A DNA stretch of 64,000 nt, from positions 11,343-75,342 of the forward strand of contig JAXHVT010000027.1 in assembly GCA_034188985.1 (NCBI GenBank), read 5' to 3'. Below, in pieces: positions 1 to 9,431 of the stretch (its first letter is position 1; each line of letters begins with the position of its first letter). This DNA is from Actinomycetota bacterium (lineage in GTDB: Bacteria; Actinomycetota; Geothermincolia; Geothermincolales; RBG-13-55-18). The notes below the pieces were generated by a model. That model did no database searches, was not told where the DNA came from, and saw only the letters and a list, made by a program, of their open reading frames with translations. Made by a program: the position numbers and the translations under genes.

Positions 1-1312
1 CGAAAGCGTCGACGTTCACGAAATTATGGTCCGTATCGGGGTTGCCATAGCCCAGCGCCTCAACTGTGAGCACGTGCTCCCCGTATTTCAGTCCTGCTGA
101 GTTGAAGTCCACCACCTGGTAGGTGGTATCGGGATTGTACATGTTGACCTCGGTCACGAACTCGCCGTCGATGTAGACGTTTGCCGATCCACAGCTCCAG
201 TACTTGGCCACGATCATCTTCACCTGGCGGCCCCGGAAGCGGAACTGTAGCGTGGAACCGAGGTCCTCAGCCACGCGGATCTTACCGTTGGTGGGGCCCT
301 CGTATGACTCGTCCACCCAAAGGCCTTGCGCGCTGATGGAGGGATCATTTTCCTCGAAGATCTGGGGGGTGCTCTGGCGAGCCTCCACCTGCACCTTCTC
401 GGACTCGACTCCATACACGTTGACGGCGCTCACCGCGAAAACGGTGCCGGCCTCTCCTTTCTTATCGTAGTAGTGATTATCGCCAAGAAGCTGCCCGTTT
501 ATCTTCCTAAAGCGGCCATGCACCTGGACATAGACGTTATAGCCGGCGAGGTTCGCCTCGCTGTTAGGCTCCCAGTCGATGCTCACGCCGGGATCGATAG
601 CCACCACATCCACGCCCTGCGGGGGCGCCGGGGGCAGGTTATTGTAGGTCTGCACCTCCATTGCCTCGGAGGGTTCGCTTTCCTCCCCCCACCTCGCCAC
701 CGCGGTAACCCAGTAGCGGTAGGTGGCCCCGGGCTCGATATCCTTATCCTTGTAGCTGGTCTTCCTTGTCTTGGCTATTGGCTCCAGGTCGCCGTTCTCC
801 TGGCCGCCCTCTTTAACCTCCTGCCTGTATACGAGGTAGGCGTCCACGACTTTCTTGGGATTGTTACCATCCCAGCTCAGGCGGACCTGGGGCGTTTTAC
901 CCGGGACGAACTCGCCCCGCAGGTCCTTGGGCGGGTTGATTATCCTTTTCGCGGGTTCCGGCTCCTCATCCTTGGGCCTGGCAGTATCGACGTCTTCGGG
1001 GTTATCATCCGCGGTCTCGGACTCCTCGCCCGGGACCGCGGGTATGTTATCGTCAACGGCCACGGCCGGCTCCTCGGCGACGGCCGTCTCGGCGACTGCC
1101 GCCGCTTCGAGTGCCTCGGATTGGGGGATCTCCACGGATATCATATCGGCAAGATCGAGGTTCGAAAACGCCTCTAGTGAAGCGGTCTCCGCCGCCCGCT
1201 CCTCCTGAACCGGTGAGGCGCCCGGGGAGGCCATCCCCAGGATAAGGGCGCAGACCACGAAAACGGCGGTGATGGCTATACTTGCCGCTATATGCTTCCT
1301 GAATCCTTTCAT
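1..1312 (-). CDS. Secreted fibronectin type III domain protein, paralog of 2011..3327; runs off the left edge a few codons before its stop
   Basis: Not in ORF track. ATG at 1312 gives MKGFRKHIAASIAITAVFVVCAL; the frame at position 1 reads NFVNVDAF, matching the C-terminus of the paralog (NFVNIDAFEVR). Confidence 0.85.
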   Translation of the reverse strand, partial: MKGFRKHIAASIAITAVFVVCALILGMASPGASPVQEERAAETASLEAFSNLDLADMISVEIPQSEALEAAAVAETAVAEEPAVAVDDNIPAVPGEESETADDNPEDVDTARPKDEEPEPAKRIINPPKDLRGEFVPGKTPQVRLSWDGNNPKKVVDAYLVYRQEVKEGGQENGDLEPIAKTRKTSYKDKDIEPGATYRYWVTAVARWGEESEPSEAMEVQTYNNLPPAPPQGVDVVAIDPGVSIDWEPNSEANLAGYNVYVQVHGRFRKINGQLLGDNHYYDKKGEAGTVFAVSAVNVYGVESEKVQVEARQSTPQIFEENDPSISAQGLWVDESYEGPTNGKIRVAEDLGSTLQFRFRGRQVKMIVAKYWSCGSANVYIDGEFVTEVNMYNPDTTYQVVDFNSAGLKYGEHVLTVEALGYGNPDTDHNFVNVDAF

Positions 1313-1600
1313 CTCTATCACCTTGCCGTTTTGCTCGGTCTTCCTCCGGCCTTGTCAGCGGTTTTTGTGGGCTCATCTTTTAAAACGACACCTAATTAGT
1401 TACGTACCCATAAAACTTGGGTTTCGGTCGAATGGGACGGTGAACGGCTCATTTCGGGGGGGTAAAAGGTACCGGCCGGATCACCGGTTTTCGGGGATGG
1501 GAAAGGCTATAAAAGCCCAGTTCAAACATTATATTGCCTTCTGTATATTAATCGTGGTATCGTAGTGAGCCAGCGGTCTTAAAACCGACCCCTAAAAAAC

Positions 1601-1692
1601 TTCAGAATATGGGGTCAGGCACTGACATCGGACATTTTGCAGGCTATTCAGAATATGGGGTCAGGCACTGACATCGGACATTTTGCAGGCTA
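1601..1692 (+). repeat. Perfect 46-bp tandem duplication of the REP-like element
   Basis: ttcagaatatggggtcaggcactgacatcggacattttgcaggcta at 1601-1646 and 1647-1692. Confidence 0.95.
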
Positions 1693-2010
1693 GAGTGGAA
1701 ATGGTCTCGAAGTCGCCGTGGTCCAGCGATGTATCACATTTATTGATGCGGGCATATTCATCAGGTTTGGTTTTTCCAGTACCGGGAATAATATCGCAGA
1801 GGGTAAACATCGCCGGTACCGCACGGATCCGACCCGGAAGCGACACCTGAGCCCAAACCCCGGGCACGCTTACTGGGCTTATTCCCGTGCCCGGGGAAAG
1901 GCGCGAGGCCGCTCTGAGAGCGGCCCCTTTTGCGGGCTACGGTTTTGCAGGCCTTTGTGTAAATCGTCTGCGTGTCTTTTTCTTGCCTCCTACGTTTTTT
2001 ACGAGAAACC

Positions 2011-3327
2011 TCATCGCACCTCAAAGGCGTCGATGTTAACGAAGTTGTAGTCGCCCTCGGGGTTTCCCGAACCGAGCACCTCCACGGTAAGTACGTGCTT
2101 GCCGCTCTTGAGCCCCGGTACGTTCACGTCAACCACCTGATAGATCGGGTCGGCGCTGTACTGATTGATGGTATCCACAAAGACACCGTCGATGTATACG
2201 TTGGCGGAACCGCAGGTCCAGTAATTTGCCACGATCATCTTCACCTGGTTGCCCTTGAAGGTGAAGTAAAGATTGGAGCCGGTATCCTCCGCCACCCTGA
2301 TCTTACCGTTGGTGGGACCCTCGTAGGTCTCTTCCACCCACAAGCCTTCAACGGTGATGGAGGGATCGTTCTCCTCGTAGACCACCGCGACGCTCTGGGC
2401 GGCCTCCACCTTGACGTACTCGGACTCCACACCGTAGAAGTTCACACAAGCTACGGCGTAGACGCTGCCGGCCAGGCCCTCGACATCGTAGTAGTGGTTA
2501 TCCACAAGGGGCTCGTCGTTGATCTTGCTCCATTTACCGCTGGAGCCCTGAGGCTCATAGACGTTGTAGCCGGCCAGGCCCCTCTCTGAGGATGCGTCCC
2601 AGTCGATGCTCACGCCGGGATCGATGGCCACGGCCGTTACGTTGGCCGGCGCCACCGGGGGAACGGGCGCGTAGGTCTCGACCTCGATAGCCTTCGAGGG
2701 CTCGCTCTCCTCTCCGGTCCTGGAGACGGCGGTAACCCAGTAGCGGTAGGTGCAGCCGGGTTTTATCTCGTAATCCTCGTACTCCGCTTTCTTGGTCTTG
2801 GCGATGGGCTTGGTGGGACCATCCTGTACTACATCGTCATCCGCCAACTTGCGGTAGACCAGGAAATAGCTGTAGACCTTTTTGTTGTTATTCGGGTCCC
2901 AGGTCAGCTGGATATAGGGCTCTTTCTCGGGAATGAAAGTCCCCGCCAGGTCCTTGGGCGGATTGATGATCAATACGGGAGATGGCTCAACGCTGGGAGG
3001 CTTGGCCGTCTCAACGTCGGCATTATCCTTCCCGGGGTTATCCTCCGGTACATCGGGAGCGGGAGCCGTCACCGGTACCGGATCCGCCGCCTGGGGGGCC
3101 TCGACTGCGGCCTCTTCCTCCACCGCGGTTAGCGCTGCGCTCGCCTCGCCCGCCGCCGTGATTATCTCGTCGGGGACCAGTGAGGCCACGGAGTGTACCT
3201 GCGTCCCCCCGCTATTCTCGTCGGGTGAGGATACGGGAACCGCGGCCACGCTCAAGGTGAGCGCGCAAACCACAAAAACGGCGGTGATGGCTATGCTTGC
3301 CGCTATGTGCTTCTTAAACCCTTTCAT
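2011..3327 (-). CDS. Secreted protein with two FN3-like domains and a C-terminal jelly-roll/carbohydrate-binding-like domain
   Basis: Signal peptide, acidic Pro/Ala linker, FN3 signatures (LTWDP..YLVYRK, YRYWVTAVSRTGEESEPS, GYNVY), C-terminal FTFKGNQV..ANVYIDG..GKHVLTVEV. Confidence 0.8.
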   Translation of the reverse strand: MKGFKKHIAASIAITAVFVVCALTLSVAAVPVSSPDENSGGTQVHSVASLVPDEIITAAGEASAALTAVEEEAAVEAPQAADPVPVTAPAPDVPEDNPGKDNADVETAKPPSVEPSPVLIINPPKDLAGTFIPEKEPYIQLTWDPNNNKKVYSYFLVYRKLADDDVVQDGPTKPIAKTKKAEYEDYEIKPGCTYRYWVTAVSRTGEESEPSKAIEVETYAPVPPVAPANVTAVAIDPGVSIDWDASSERGLAGYNVYEPQGSSGKWSKINDEPLVDNHYYDVEGLAGSVYAVACVNFYGVESEYVKVEAAQSVAVVYEENDPSITVEGLWVEETYEGPTNGKIRVAEDTGSNLYFTFKGNQVKMIVANYWTCGSANVYIDGVFVDTINQYSADPIYQVVDVNVPGLKSGKHVLTVEVLGSGNPEGDYNFVNIDAFEVR

Positions 3328-3771
3328 TTTAACCTTCCCACCTTTTACGTTCCTTTCTTAACCGCTTCTGTGAGCCTTTTTGCATCCTCACTTTTAAAAC
3401 GGCCTGTTATTTGACGGCGTTCACAAATTCCTGGGCTGCGGAGCCTTTCGACGGTGAAAGGTGCCTATCTAGAGGCAAGCGGAAGGCTTGCTTCTTGATA
3501 CCCCCATAGGTATTAAAATGGCTGGTTAGACATTGCCCGGGGTTAGCGTACGTTTGCATCTCGATAGATTGAACGGTCCGGCTAGATATGTGCGGTGTAT
3601 ATCATGCCACTGGCGTTGTTTGTGGCTCAGGACGGGTATGGCAGTGCCGAGACCAGTGGTTTTTCCGTCAGGGTGATGGCCGGAAAGGCACGATGGCCGG
3701 GACGGCGTATAGGGGGCACGGAGAGCGTTTTTCCGGTTAGCGGGCTCGAAGCCGGGCTATTATACCCCAGC

Positions 3772-3927
3772 CTAGCGGCAGCGGGGAGCGCCGTGAAGCG
3801 TGAGATACTGGGAATAGCAATCGGGCCAGATGATCTGGCACGCGCCGAAGAAAAAACGGTTTATGCGCATGACCTTTATCTGGGGTTTGCTATATGGTTT
3901 CCTGCCTTTTTGTATCCTGCTAGACAT
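3772..3927 (-). CDS. Putative RiPP precursor, 51 aa: MSSRIQKGRKPYSKPQIKVMRINRFFFGACQIIWPDCYSQYLTLHGAPRCR
   Basis: Translated by hand. ATG overlaps the rSAM stop (ATGTCTAG), GAGGGTG lies upstream, YxxPxI RRE-binding motif, three Cys in the C-terminal half. Confidence 0.8.
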   Translation of the reverse strand: MSSRIQKGRKPYSKPQIKVMRINRFFFGACQIIWPDCYSQYLTLHGAPRCR

Positions 3928-4954
3928 CGTCCAACACCCTCATCAAGGCTTTCGTAAGCCTGCATTTCTCCCGGCTTACGGCTATTATCTCTCCACATTC
4001 CTGATAGGAAAGCGCCCGACAAATGCCACATTTATCCAGGTAAGAGCACTCATCGCACTCTTCCGGGAGATCCATCTCCCTTCTCCGGAGTTCCTCCAGT
4101 TGTGGGGATTTCCTCCATATTTCGACGAATCTTTCCTGCTGTATGTTTCCTACCACAAGAGGGAAGGCTACACAAGGATAGACGTCACCGTAAGGGTTAA
4201 TGGCGAACACGGTGCGCCCCGCTCCGCAGTAGCGCTTGTTCACGGCGTCGGGGTCCTCCGGCCCTATGACACATCGCTGCACGTATTCGACTACGTCCTC
4301 TATCTCCTCCCCCAGGACCTGGCTGAGATAGCCAGGTAGATAATCGACCTCGAAACGCATGAAACGCTCCAGGCCTTCATCATCCAGGCGCAGCCGGGTG
4401 GGGGCCGGGTCCCGGTCGTTGCGGGGAAAGATGAGGGAGCTGAACATAACACGAACCTCGAGTTCCCCGGCCAATCCGGCTATCTCCTCCACTTCTTCGA
4501 GATTGAAATCACCCACGATAGTCTTCAGCATAAACGGTATTTCCTCCTCTTTCAGGAGGTCCAGGGCCCTGCGGGTGGCCAGGAAGGAACCCTTTTCGCC
4601 GGTAAGGAAATCGTGGGTCTCCGGGCTTGCGCCATAGATGCTCACATCGATCATCAGGGTGGGCGTCTGTCCAAGGAGGCGGATCCTCTCCCTATCCAGC
4701 AGGGTGGCGTTGGTCTGCAGGGTTATCGCGAAGTGCCTATCGACCGCGGCGGACAGCAAATGGAAGAGGTCCTGCCGCAGCAGTGGTTCCCCACCGGTGA
4801 AGGCCAGGAAGAGGCACCCGGCATCCGCCAGCTCGTCCAGCACTCCGATCCATCGCTCCAGATTCATCTCTACACCGGCGGGCTTGTACTGGTAACAGTG
4901 GCGGCAGGAGAGATTGCAGCGGTGCGTCAGTTCCAGACTCCCCGAGAAGGGCAT
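3920..4954 (-). CDS. Radical SAM/SPASM domain peptide maturase
   Basis: CNLSCRHC, TGGEPLL, SPASM motifs CGAG..INPYGDVYPC and CDECSYLDKCGICRA..C. Confidence 0.92.
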   Translation of the reverse strand: MPFSGSLELTHRCNLSCRHCYQYKPAGVEMNLERWIGVLDELADAGCLFLAFTGGEPLLRQDLFHLLSAAVDRHFAITLQTNATLLDRERIRLLGQTPTLMIDVSIYGASPETHDFLTGEKGSFLATRRALDLLKEEEIPFMLKTIVGDFNLEEVEEIAGLAGELEVRVMFSSLIFPRNDRDPAPTRLRLDDEGLERFMRFEVDYLPGYLSQVLGEEIEDVVEYVQRCVIGPEDPDAVNKRYCGAGRTVFAINPYGDVYPCVAFPLVVGNIQQERFVEIWRKSPQLEELRRREMDLPEECDECSYLDKCGICRALSYQECGEIIAVSREKCRLTKALMRVLDDV

Positions 4955-4989
4955 GAAACTCTCCTGTATCCTGTCTACGAATCCTCTGT

Positions 4990-5874
4990 CTATGGTCCTT
5001 TTCCTCCTTCAAGCGAGAAATCCTTGAGCCATGCGGCCACGTCGTCCTCCAACCTGAGACTCAGTTTGAATATCGGGACGGCATCGGCTAATCTTGAAAT
5101 ATTCTCCAGAAGCTTGCTTTCCTCGCCCTTGTGGCCGAGTCGCGGCGCGTCTACGGCCAGCTCGGCCACCGCCTCCGCGGCGGACATATACCTCAAGCCC
5201 GGGGGCAATTCGCGATGCAGGATAAAAACCGCCCTCAGGGGAAGGCCGCCGTAAGCCACTTTGCCACCCTCCCTGCCCGGCCAAGGAGTACCGAAGAGGC
5301 GCTGCCTGTCTGCTAACTCCCTCACCGCTACCAGGTCGTCCCCCAGGACCTCCGAGGAGTGAAAACTCCGGACCAGCGTGGTCTTCCCAGCCCTGGTGTG
5401 ACCCACGAACGCATACGCCTCACCCTCTATTACCACGCCGGCGGCGTGAAGAAGCGTGCCCCCTTCATCGAGAAGACGGAGCTGCAGGCAGGCCAGCATG
5501 AAGGCCTGCACGGCCTCGCGAACCGCCTCTTCCTCCTCCACCACCCGCCAAGGTCCCCGCAGGGATGGCACGGCCATCTCCCCCCTGGCCTCCCGGGGGT
5601 TGATGACGGCCAGAAGCCTCTTCTTGCCGTTGATCCCCTCGAAGAGAAGTTCGTCGCCTCTACTGGTGAGCACGAACTTGGAGGGAAAGAAATGCTTGAG
5701 CGGGTCGGCCTGAACGACCTCGTCATGGTTTAAGGCGATAACGATATCTGGATGCGAGGTATGGCTTCGTGGGGCGAAATGCCCCATGCGAGTAGGAAGA
5801 AAACCCGAAGCGTCTCCCGCTTTCGAGGATATCTCAACTTTTATTCCGGCTATAAGGTGTTCGGCTTTCCACAT
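4990..5874 (-). CDS. HPr kinase-like P-loop protein (RiPP-cluster kinase-like)
   Basis: LLHAAGV, Walker A GHTRAGKTT, LGDD, GTPW. Start moved to ATG 5874 (or TTG near 5913) to avoid overlapping the PqqD gene. Confidence 0.8.
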   Translation of the reverse strand: MWKAEHLIAGIKVEISSKAGDASGFLPTRMGHFAPRSHTSHPDIVIALNHDEVVQADPLKHFFPSKFVLTSRGDELLFEGINGKKRLLAVINPREARGEMAVPSLRGPWRVVEEEEAVREAVQAFMLACLQLRLLDEGGTLLHAAGVVIEGEAYAFVGHTRAGKTTLVRSFHSSEVLGDDLVAVRELADRQRLFGTPWPGREGGKVAYGGLPLRAVFILHRELPPGLRYMSAAEAVAELAVDAPRLGHKGEESKLLENISRLADAVPIFKLSLRLEDDVAAWLKDFSLEGGKGP

Positions 5875-5917
5875 ATATTTCCCGTATATTAGCCGTATAT
5901 TTCCTGTATCCAATTTT

Positions 5918-6235
5918 CTAGCTTCGTCCCGCCTCGATGATCTTAGCCACGCCTCGATCCACCAGGCTCGCGGCGAACTCGAGCGTGTCCTCCAGGGCCG
6001 TTTCCATCCCCACCGCGAATTCCCCGACCAACGACTCGGCGATATCCCGAAGGGTCTCGTCACCACTCAGGCGGGACCATATGAAGGAGCCCACGGAGTC
6101 CAGCTGCATAACCTCGTCCTGCTTTACGTTTACCAGGATGGTCTCCTCCCCCACCTTGCGCCAAGCGATATCCGGGAGGCGTCTCAGCCTGTCTCCGGGA
6201 CCCGGCTTCTGAAGCCCCTTTTTGCCCTCACTCAT
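5918..6235 (-). CDS. PqqD family / RiPP recognition element (lasso B1-like)
   Basis: IAWRKVGEETILVN..LDSVGSFIWSRL..TLRDIAESL..EF..D.LEF..L..RG pattern, about 100 aa. Confidence 0.9.
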   Translation of the reverse strand: MSEGKKGLQKPGPGDRLRRLPDIAWRKVGEETILVNVKQDEVMQLDSVGSFIWSRLSGDETLRDIAESLVGEFAVGMETALEDTLEFAASLVDRGVAKIIEAGRS

Positions 6236-6716
6236 TCCCGAGTTCCTCGAAGCTGCTCGGGGGCTCGTTCACCGGGTTTCCATCCACCGCCACCCAGCAG
6301 TGGCCCTCCATCTGCCCGTTGTCACCGCGCACGCCGAAGACCAGGTGGGCGTCATGACCTTCCTCGCGCAGCACCCGGGCCAGGGTCAGCGAGCGGACCA
6401 GGCAGGAGGGGCGCAAGCCTATCCTCTCCAACAGGGAGAACCATTTGCACGCCCGGTTCATAACCAGGTCCTCCCTGGTGGGGTGCCTGTCTATCAAGCG
6501 GCCATCCAGCTTCCTGAGTTCCCTGCCCGGGAAGAGGATAGAGCGCAGAAGTGCGATCCCCGACCTGGCATAGAGGCGGGCGGCCTCCCGACACTCGATT
6601 CCCTTATCTTTCCATAAGGCGATTAACCATTTCTCCTGGCGAAACATAACCCTTACAGTATACCCCCTACTATCGACGAGGTCAGCCCTCGAGCCCCCTG
6701 TCGAAATACCGATCAT
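6228..6716 (-). CDS. Lasso peptide B2-like leader peptidase (transglutaminase-like)
   Basis: SCLVRSL (catalytic Cys), LVFGV, GHCWV (catalytic His). The true start may be the ATG near 6647, just after a TATACT. Confidence 0.88.
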   Translation of the reverse strand: MIGISTGGSRADLVDSRGYTVRVMFRQEKWLIALWKDKGIECREAARLYARSGIALLRSILFPGRELRKLDGRLIDRHPTREDLVMNRACKWFSLLERIGLRPSCLVRSLTLARVLREEGHDAHLVFGVRGDNGQMEGHCWVAVDGNPVNEPPSSFEELGNE

Positions 6717-6784
6717 CTACCTGTATTTCCCTATCCAACGTTTCAACACCCCCCACCACTACTCCTCCAGCCCATCCCCAAATA

Positions 6785-6821
6785 TCAGAAAATGGGGTCA
6801 GGCACTGACATCGGACATTTT
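6785..6821 (+). repeat. REP-like element upstream of the RAYT
   Basis: tcagaaaatggggtcaggcactgacatcggacatttt. Confidence 0.9.
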
Positions 6822-6913
6822 CATCAAAAGATAAGGGGACCTCGAGATAGTATCCACTTTCGGTTGTCTCTATCAAGTAATATTATAAGTTAGGTAATAT
6901 AATAATTATTAGT

Positions 6914-7918
6914 ATGTTAGGTAATATAATGAGGCCTTTAAGAGCCAAGTACAAGGGAGCTATATATCACGTCTTTTCCAGAGGCAATAAGAACGACGAT
7001 ATATTCAAGTGTGCTGACAATAAAGGCTATTTCCTTGAATTGCTCAGTAAAGGAGTGTGTAAATATCATATAAGGCTCTACGCTTACTGTGTTATGGTCA
7101 ACCACTATCACCTTCTTATTCAGACTCTTGAAAACAATCTGTCCGAGTTTATGCATTATCTAGGCTCTTCATACGCCACTCATATAGTAAAGAATGGGTG
7201 GATAGGCCACGTTTTCGCTGGTAGGTACAAATCCATTTGCGTGGATAGAGAAGAATACCTTCTTACGCTAAGTAGATATATCCACCTGAATCCCGTTGAG
7301 GCCGGAATCGTGAAAAGGCCAGAGGAATATTTCTGGTCGAGTTATCCCGTCTACGTATGTGAGGATGAAGAGCCACCATGGATTTTTACCGAATGGCTGA
7401 TAGATCACTTTGGAACTGAATTATTCGAGGCAAGAGCCAGATACAAAGAATTCGTGGAGTCTAGAATCGAAGACATTCCTGCTTATCCCAAGGAAAGAAT
7501 TGTGGCCCAATCTATCATGGGAAAAGCAAATTTCCTGGATGAAGTCTTATTACGCATGAATGTAACCTCGCTATCGGAGAATGTAACTGGAAGAAGATAT
7601 TTCCTGAAGCGGAATAAGCTAAGCGACCTTCATGAAGCGATATGCGATTATTACGGGCTCGAGAACCTCAGGATTGTTTATGACGGTACACGTGAGGATC
7701 ACAATAAACGCAGGGAGCCCAGAAAGCTATTTATCTATCTCGCCAAGGAGCTGACGCCATCATTCTACCGGGATATCATCGAAATGCTAGGCGGGATAGA
7801 CGCTGACGCAATTACGAAGCAGTATATCAGGATGAAAAAGAAACTTGCGGAAAATCCAGCTTATAGGACTAGAATGGACGAGGTAATAAGCACGATCATT
7901 TCGCTTATCGATCAATGA
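6914..7918 (+). CDS. REP-associated tyrosine transposase (RAYT, Y1 HUH family) with C-terminal DnaA-like HTH extension
   Basis: RPLR..YHVFSRGN, HUH motif MVNHYHLL, GHVFAGRYKS, RYIHLNPVEAG, WSSY; C-terminal RKLFIYLAKELT..I.EMLGG. Likely start 6929; visibly AT-rich. Confidence 0.92.
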   Translation: MLGNIMRPLRAKYKGAIYHVFSRGNKNDDIFKCADNKGYFLELLSKGVCKYHIRLYAYCVMVNHYHLLIQTLENNLSEFMHYLGSSYATHIVKNGWIGHVFAGRYKSICVDREEYLLTLSRYIHLNPVEAGIVKRPEEYFWSSYPVYVCEDEEPPWIFTEWLIDHFGTELFEARARYKEFVESRIEDIPAYPKERIVAQSIMGKANFLDEVLLRMNVTSLSENVTGRRYFLKRNKLSDLHEAICDYYGLENLRIVYDGTREDHNKRREPRKLFIYLAKELTPSFYRDIIEMLGGIDADAITKQYIRMKKKLAENPAYRTRMDEVISTIISLIDQ

Positions 7919-7940
7919 TTTCGCAAATCACATACCTGCC

Positions 7941-9104
7941 TTGTATATGTTTAAATATAGGCAAGTCGATTATACAAGGGTGCTTTCTTTGATGAATGAT
8001 GTCAAGAAAAGGGCGAGCCATTTTATCCTTTCTGCAGTTGTATACGCATTCGGCTGCGAAGAAGAGGCTTCCAGGCTATCTAGCATATCGCAAATCCTCA
8101 CCCAATCTGACCTGAAGAGGGTGATCGGAAATGCCGAGTATCATAAGCTTGAACCGCTGTTACATTGTATCTGTGAGGATTGTATGAAGCTCGGCTATCC
8201 CTTACATATACCGGATTCTTTTCTCGACCACTTGTCAGCCGTTTACGACAGAGAGCTGGCCCGCTCAGCGATCATCCTCCACGGTGCCCGTAAAGCCTTC
8301 TCAGCTCTCGAGCATGCCGGGGTCAGGGTTGTACCACTCAAGGGAGTCTACTTATCATCCCGATTCTATGAAATGGAAGGCGCTCGCTCTTTCCGCGACC
8401 TGGATCTCCTTGTGGAAAGAGATGCACTGCCAGCATTGAACGAAGCTTTACTTGGTTCCGGATTCTTGCCCCATCCAGGAAGGCCATCCTTTGTGCCCGC
8501 CCCCGCATATACGGTATATTTTCTGCCCATGGAGAACAGCGATTTGAACATGGAGATCGACATCCACGTAGGGCTGCACTGGCCCCAGGAGTATTTCCGG
8601 CGCACCTCCCTGCGCCCCGAGGATCTGTGGTCGGAGGCTTGCCCGTATAACTACGAAGGAACAGTTACCTGGAGCATGAGCCTGGAACACCTGGTTATCA
8701 CAACATTGCTGGACGTGGCGATAAACCACCGCTACGCGCTTCTGATCAAATTCCGGGATATCGTAGAGATAATGCATAAAATGGATATCGACTGGGCAAG
8801 CGTAATCGAATGGTGCCAAACCTGGAAGGTCGTGAGCTTCGTGAGTCCAGGCTTGAGCCTCCTAAAGGGACTCCTAGCTTACTCAACCGATCTGACTGAT
8901 AATTTAAGTATCCCTGTCCCCACTTACCTGCTCTTGAAGCTCTTCTCGAGAGAACTAGCCGTGGAAGATCTGCCTGATCGCCGTGCCCGTGCTTTCAGTC
9001 CTTCCAACCTATTGTTCTTTCTGCTGGCGGATACATTCCGTGAAAGAGCTCGCGGCCTTATACATATGCCCGGTCATATCCTGAGAGGACGTCGGCGGTT
9101 CTGA
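7941..9104 (+). CDS. Nucleotidyltransferase family protein (NTP_transf_5-like)
   Basis: VPLKGVYL, R.FRDLDLLV, EIDIH motifs. Confidence 0.85.
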   Translation: MYMFKYRQVDYTRVLSLMNDVKKRASHFILSAVVYAFGCEEEASRLSSISQILTQSDLKRVIGNAEYHKLEPLLHCICEDCMKLGYPLHIPDSFLDHLSAVYDRELARSAIILHGARKAFSALEHAGVRVVPLKGVYLSSRFYEMEGARSFRDLDLLVERDALPALNEALLGSGFLPHPGRPSFVPAPAYTVYFLPMENSDLNMEIDIHVGLHWPQEYFRRTSLRPEDLWSEACPYNYEGTVTWSMSLEHLVITTLLDVAINHRYALLIKFRDIVEIMHKMDIDWASVIEWCQTWKVVSFVSPGLSLLKGLLAYSTDLTDNLSIPVPTYLLLKLFSRELAVEDLPDRRARAFSPSNLLFFLLADTFRERARGLIHMPGHILRGRRRF

Positions 9105-9356
9105 CCCATATTGATCCGCCAACCATGTGCATACCATGTATACGCGATTTGCGTCGTGGACATAAATCGAGTAGCCGCTGTTTAAATACTTATGATCCGC
9201 CCGCATGCTCACCGTGAATGCTGGTTCTTCTCTCGAGCGGAAACTCAAATGCTTGCAGTAAGACAGCGATAACAATACCCATACCATATTTGATTTACAG
9301 GCTTTATCGCAGCCGGCTTCTACGCATTCTAATCTCATCCTATTTATAGAGGCCAT

Positions 9357-9431
9357 AATGTCCGATGCCAGTGCCTAACCCTATCTTCTGACCTGCGAAA
9401 TGTCCGATGTCAGTGCCTGACCCCATCTTCT
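9357..9431 (-). repeat. Two tandem REP-like elements, inverted relative to the 6785 copy
   Basis: aatgtccgatgccagtgcctaaccctatcttctga (9357-9391) and aaatgtccgatgtcagtgcctgaccccatcttct (9398-9431). Confidence 0.9.

Noticed and set aside
1601-1692. CRISPR array
   Set aside because: Two abutting identical units with no spacer, no cas genes, and the motif is dispersed across the window.
3772-6716. Canonical lasso peptide cluster
   Set aside because: No lasso cyclase in the window and the precursor lacks the usual Thr at -2. Kept instead as an rSAM-type RiPP.
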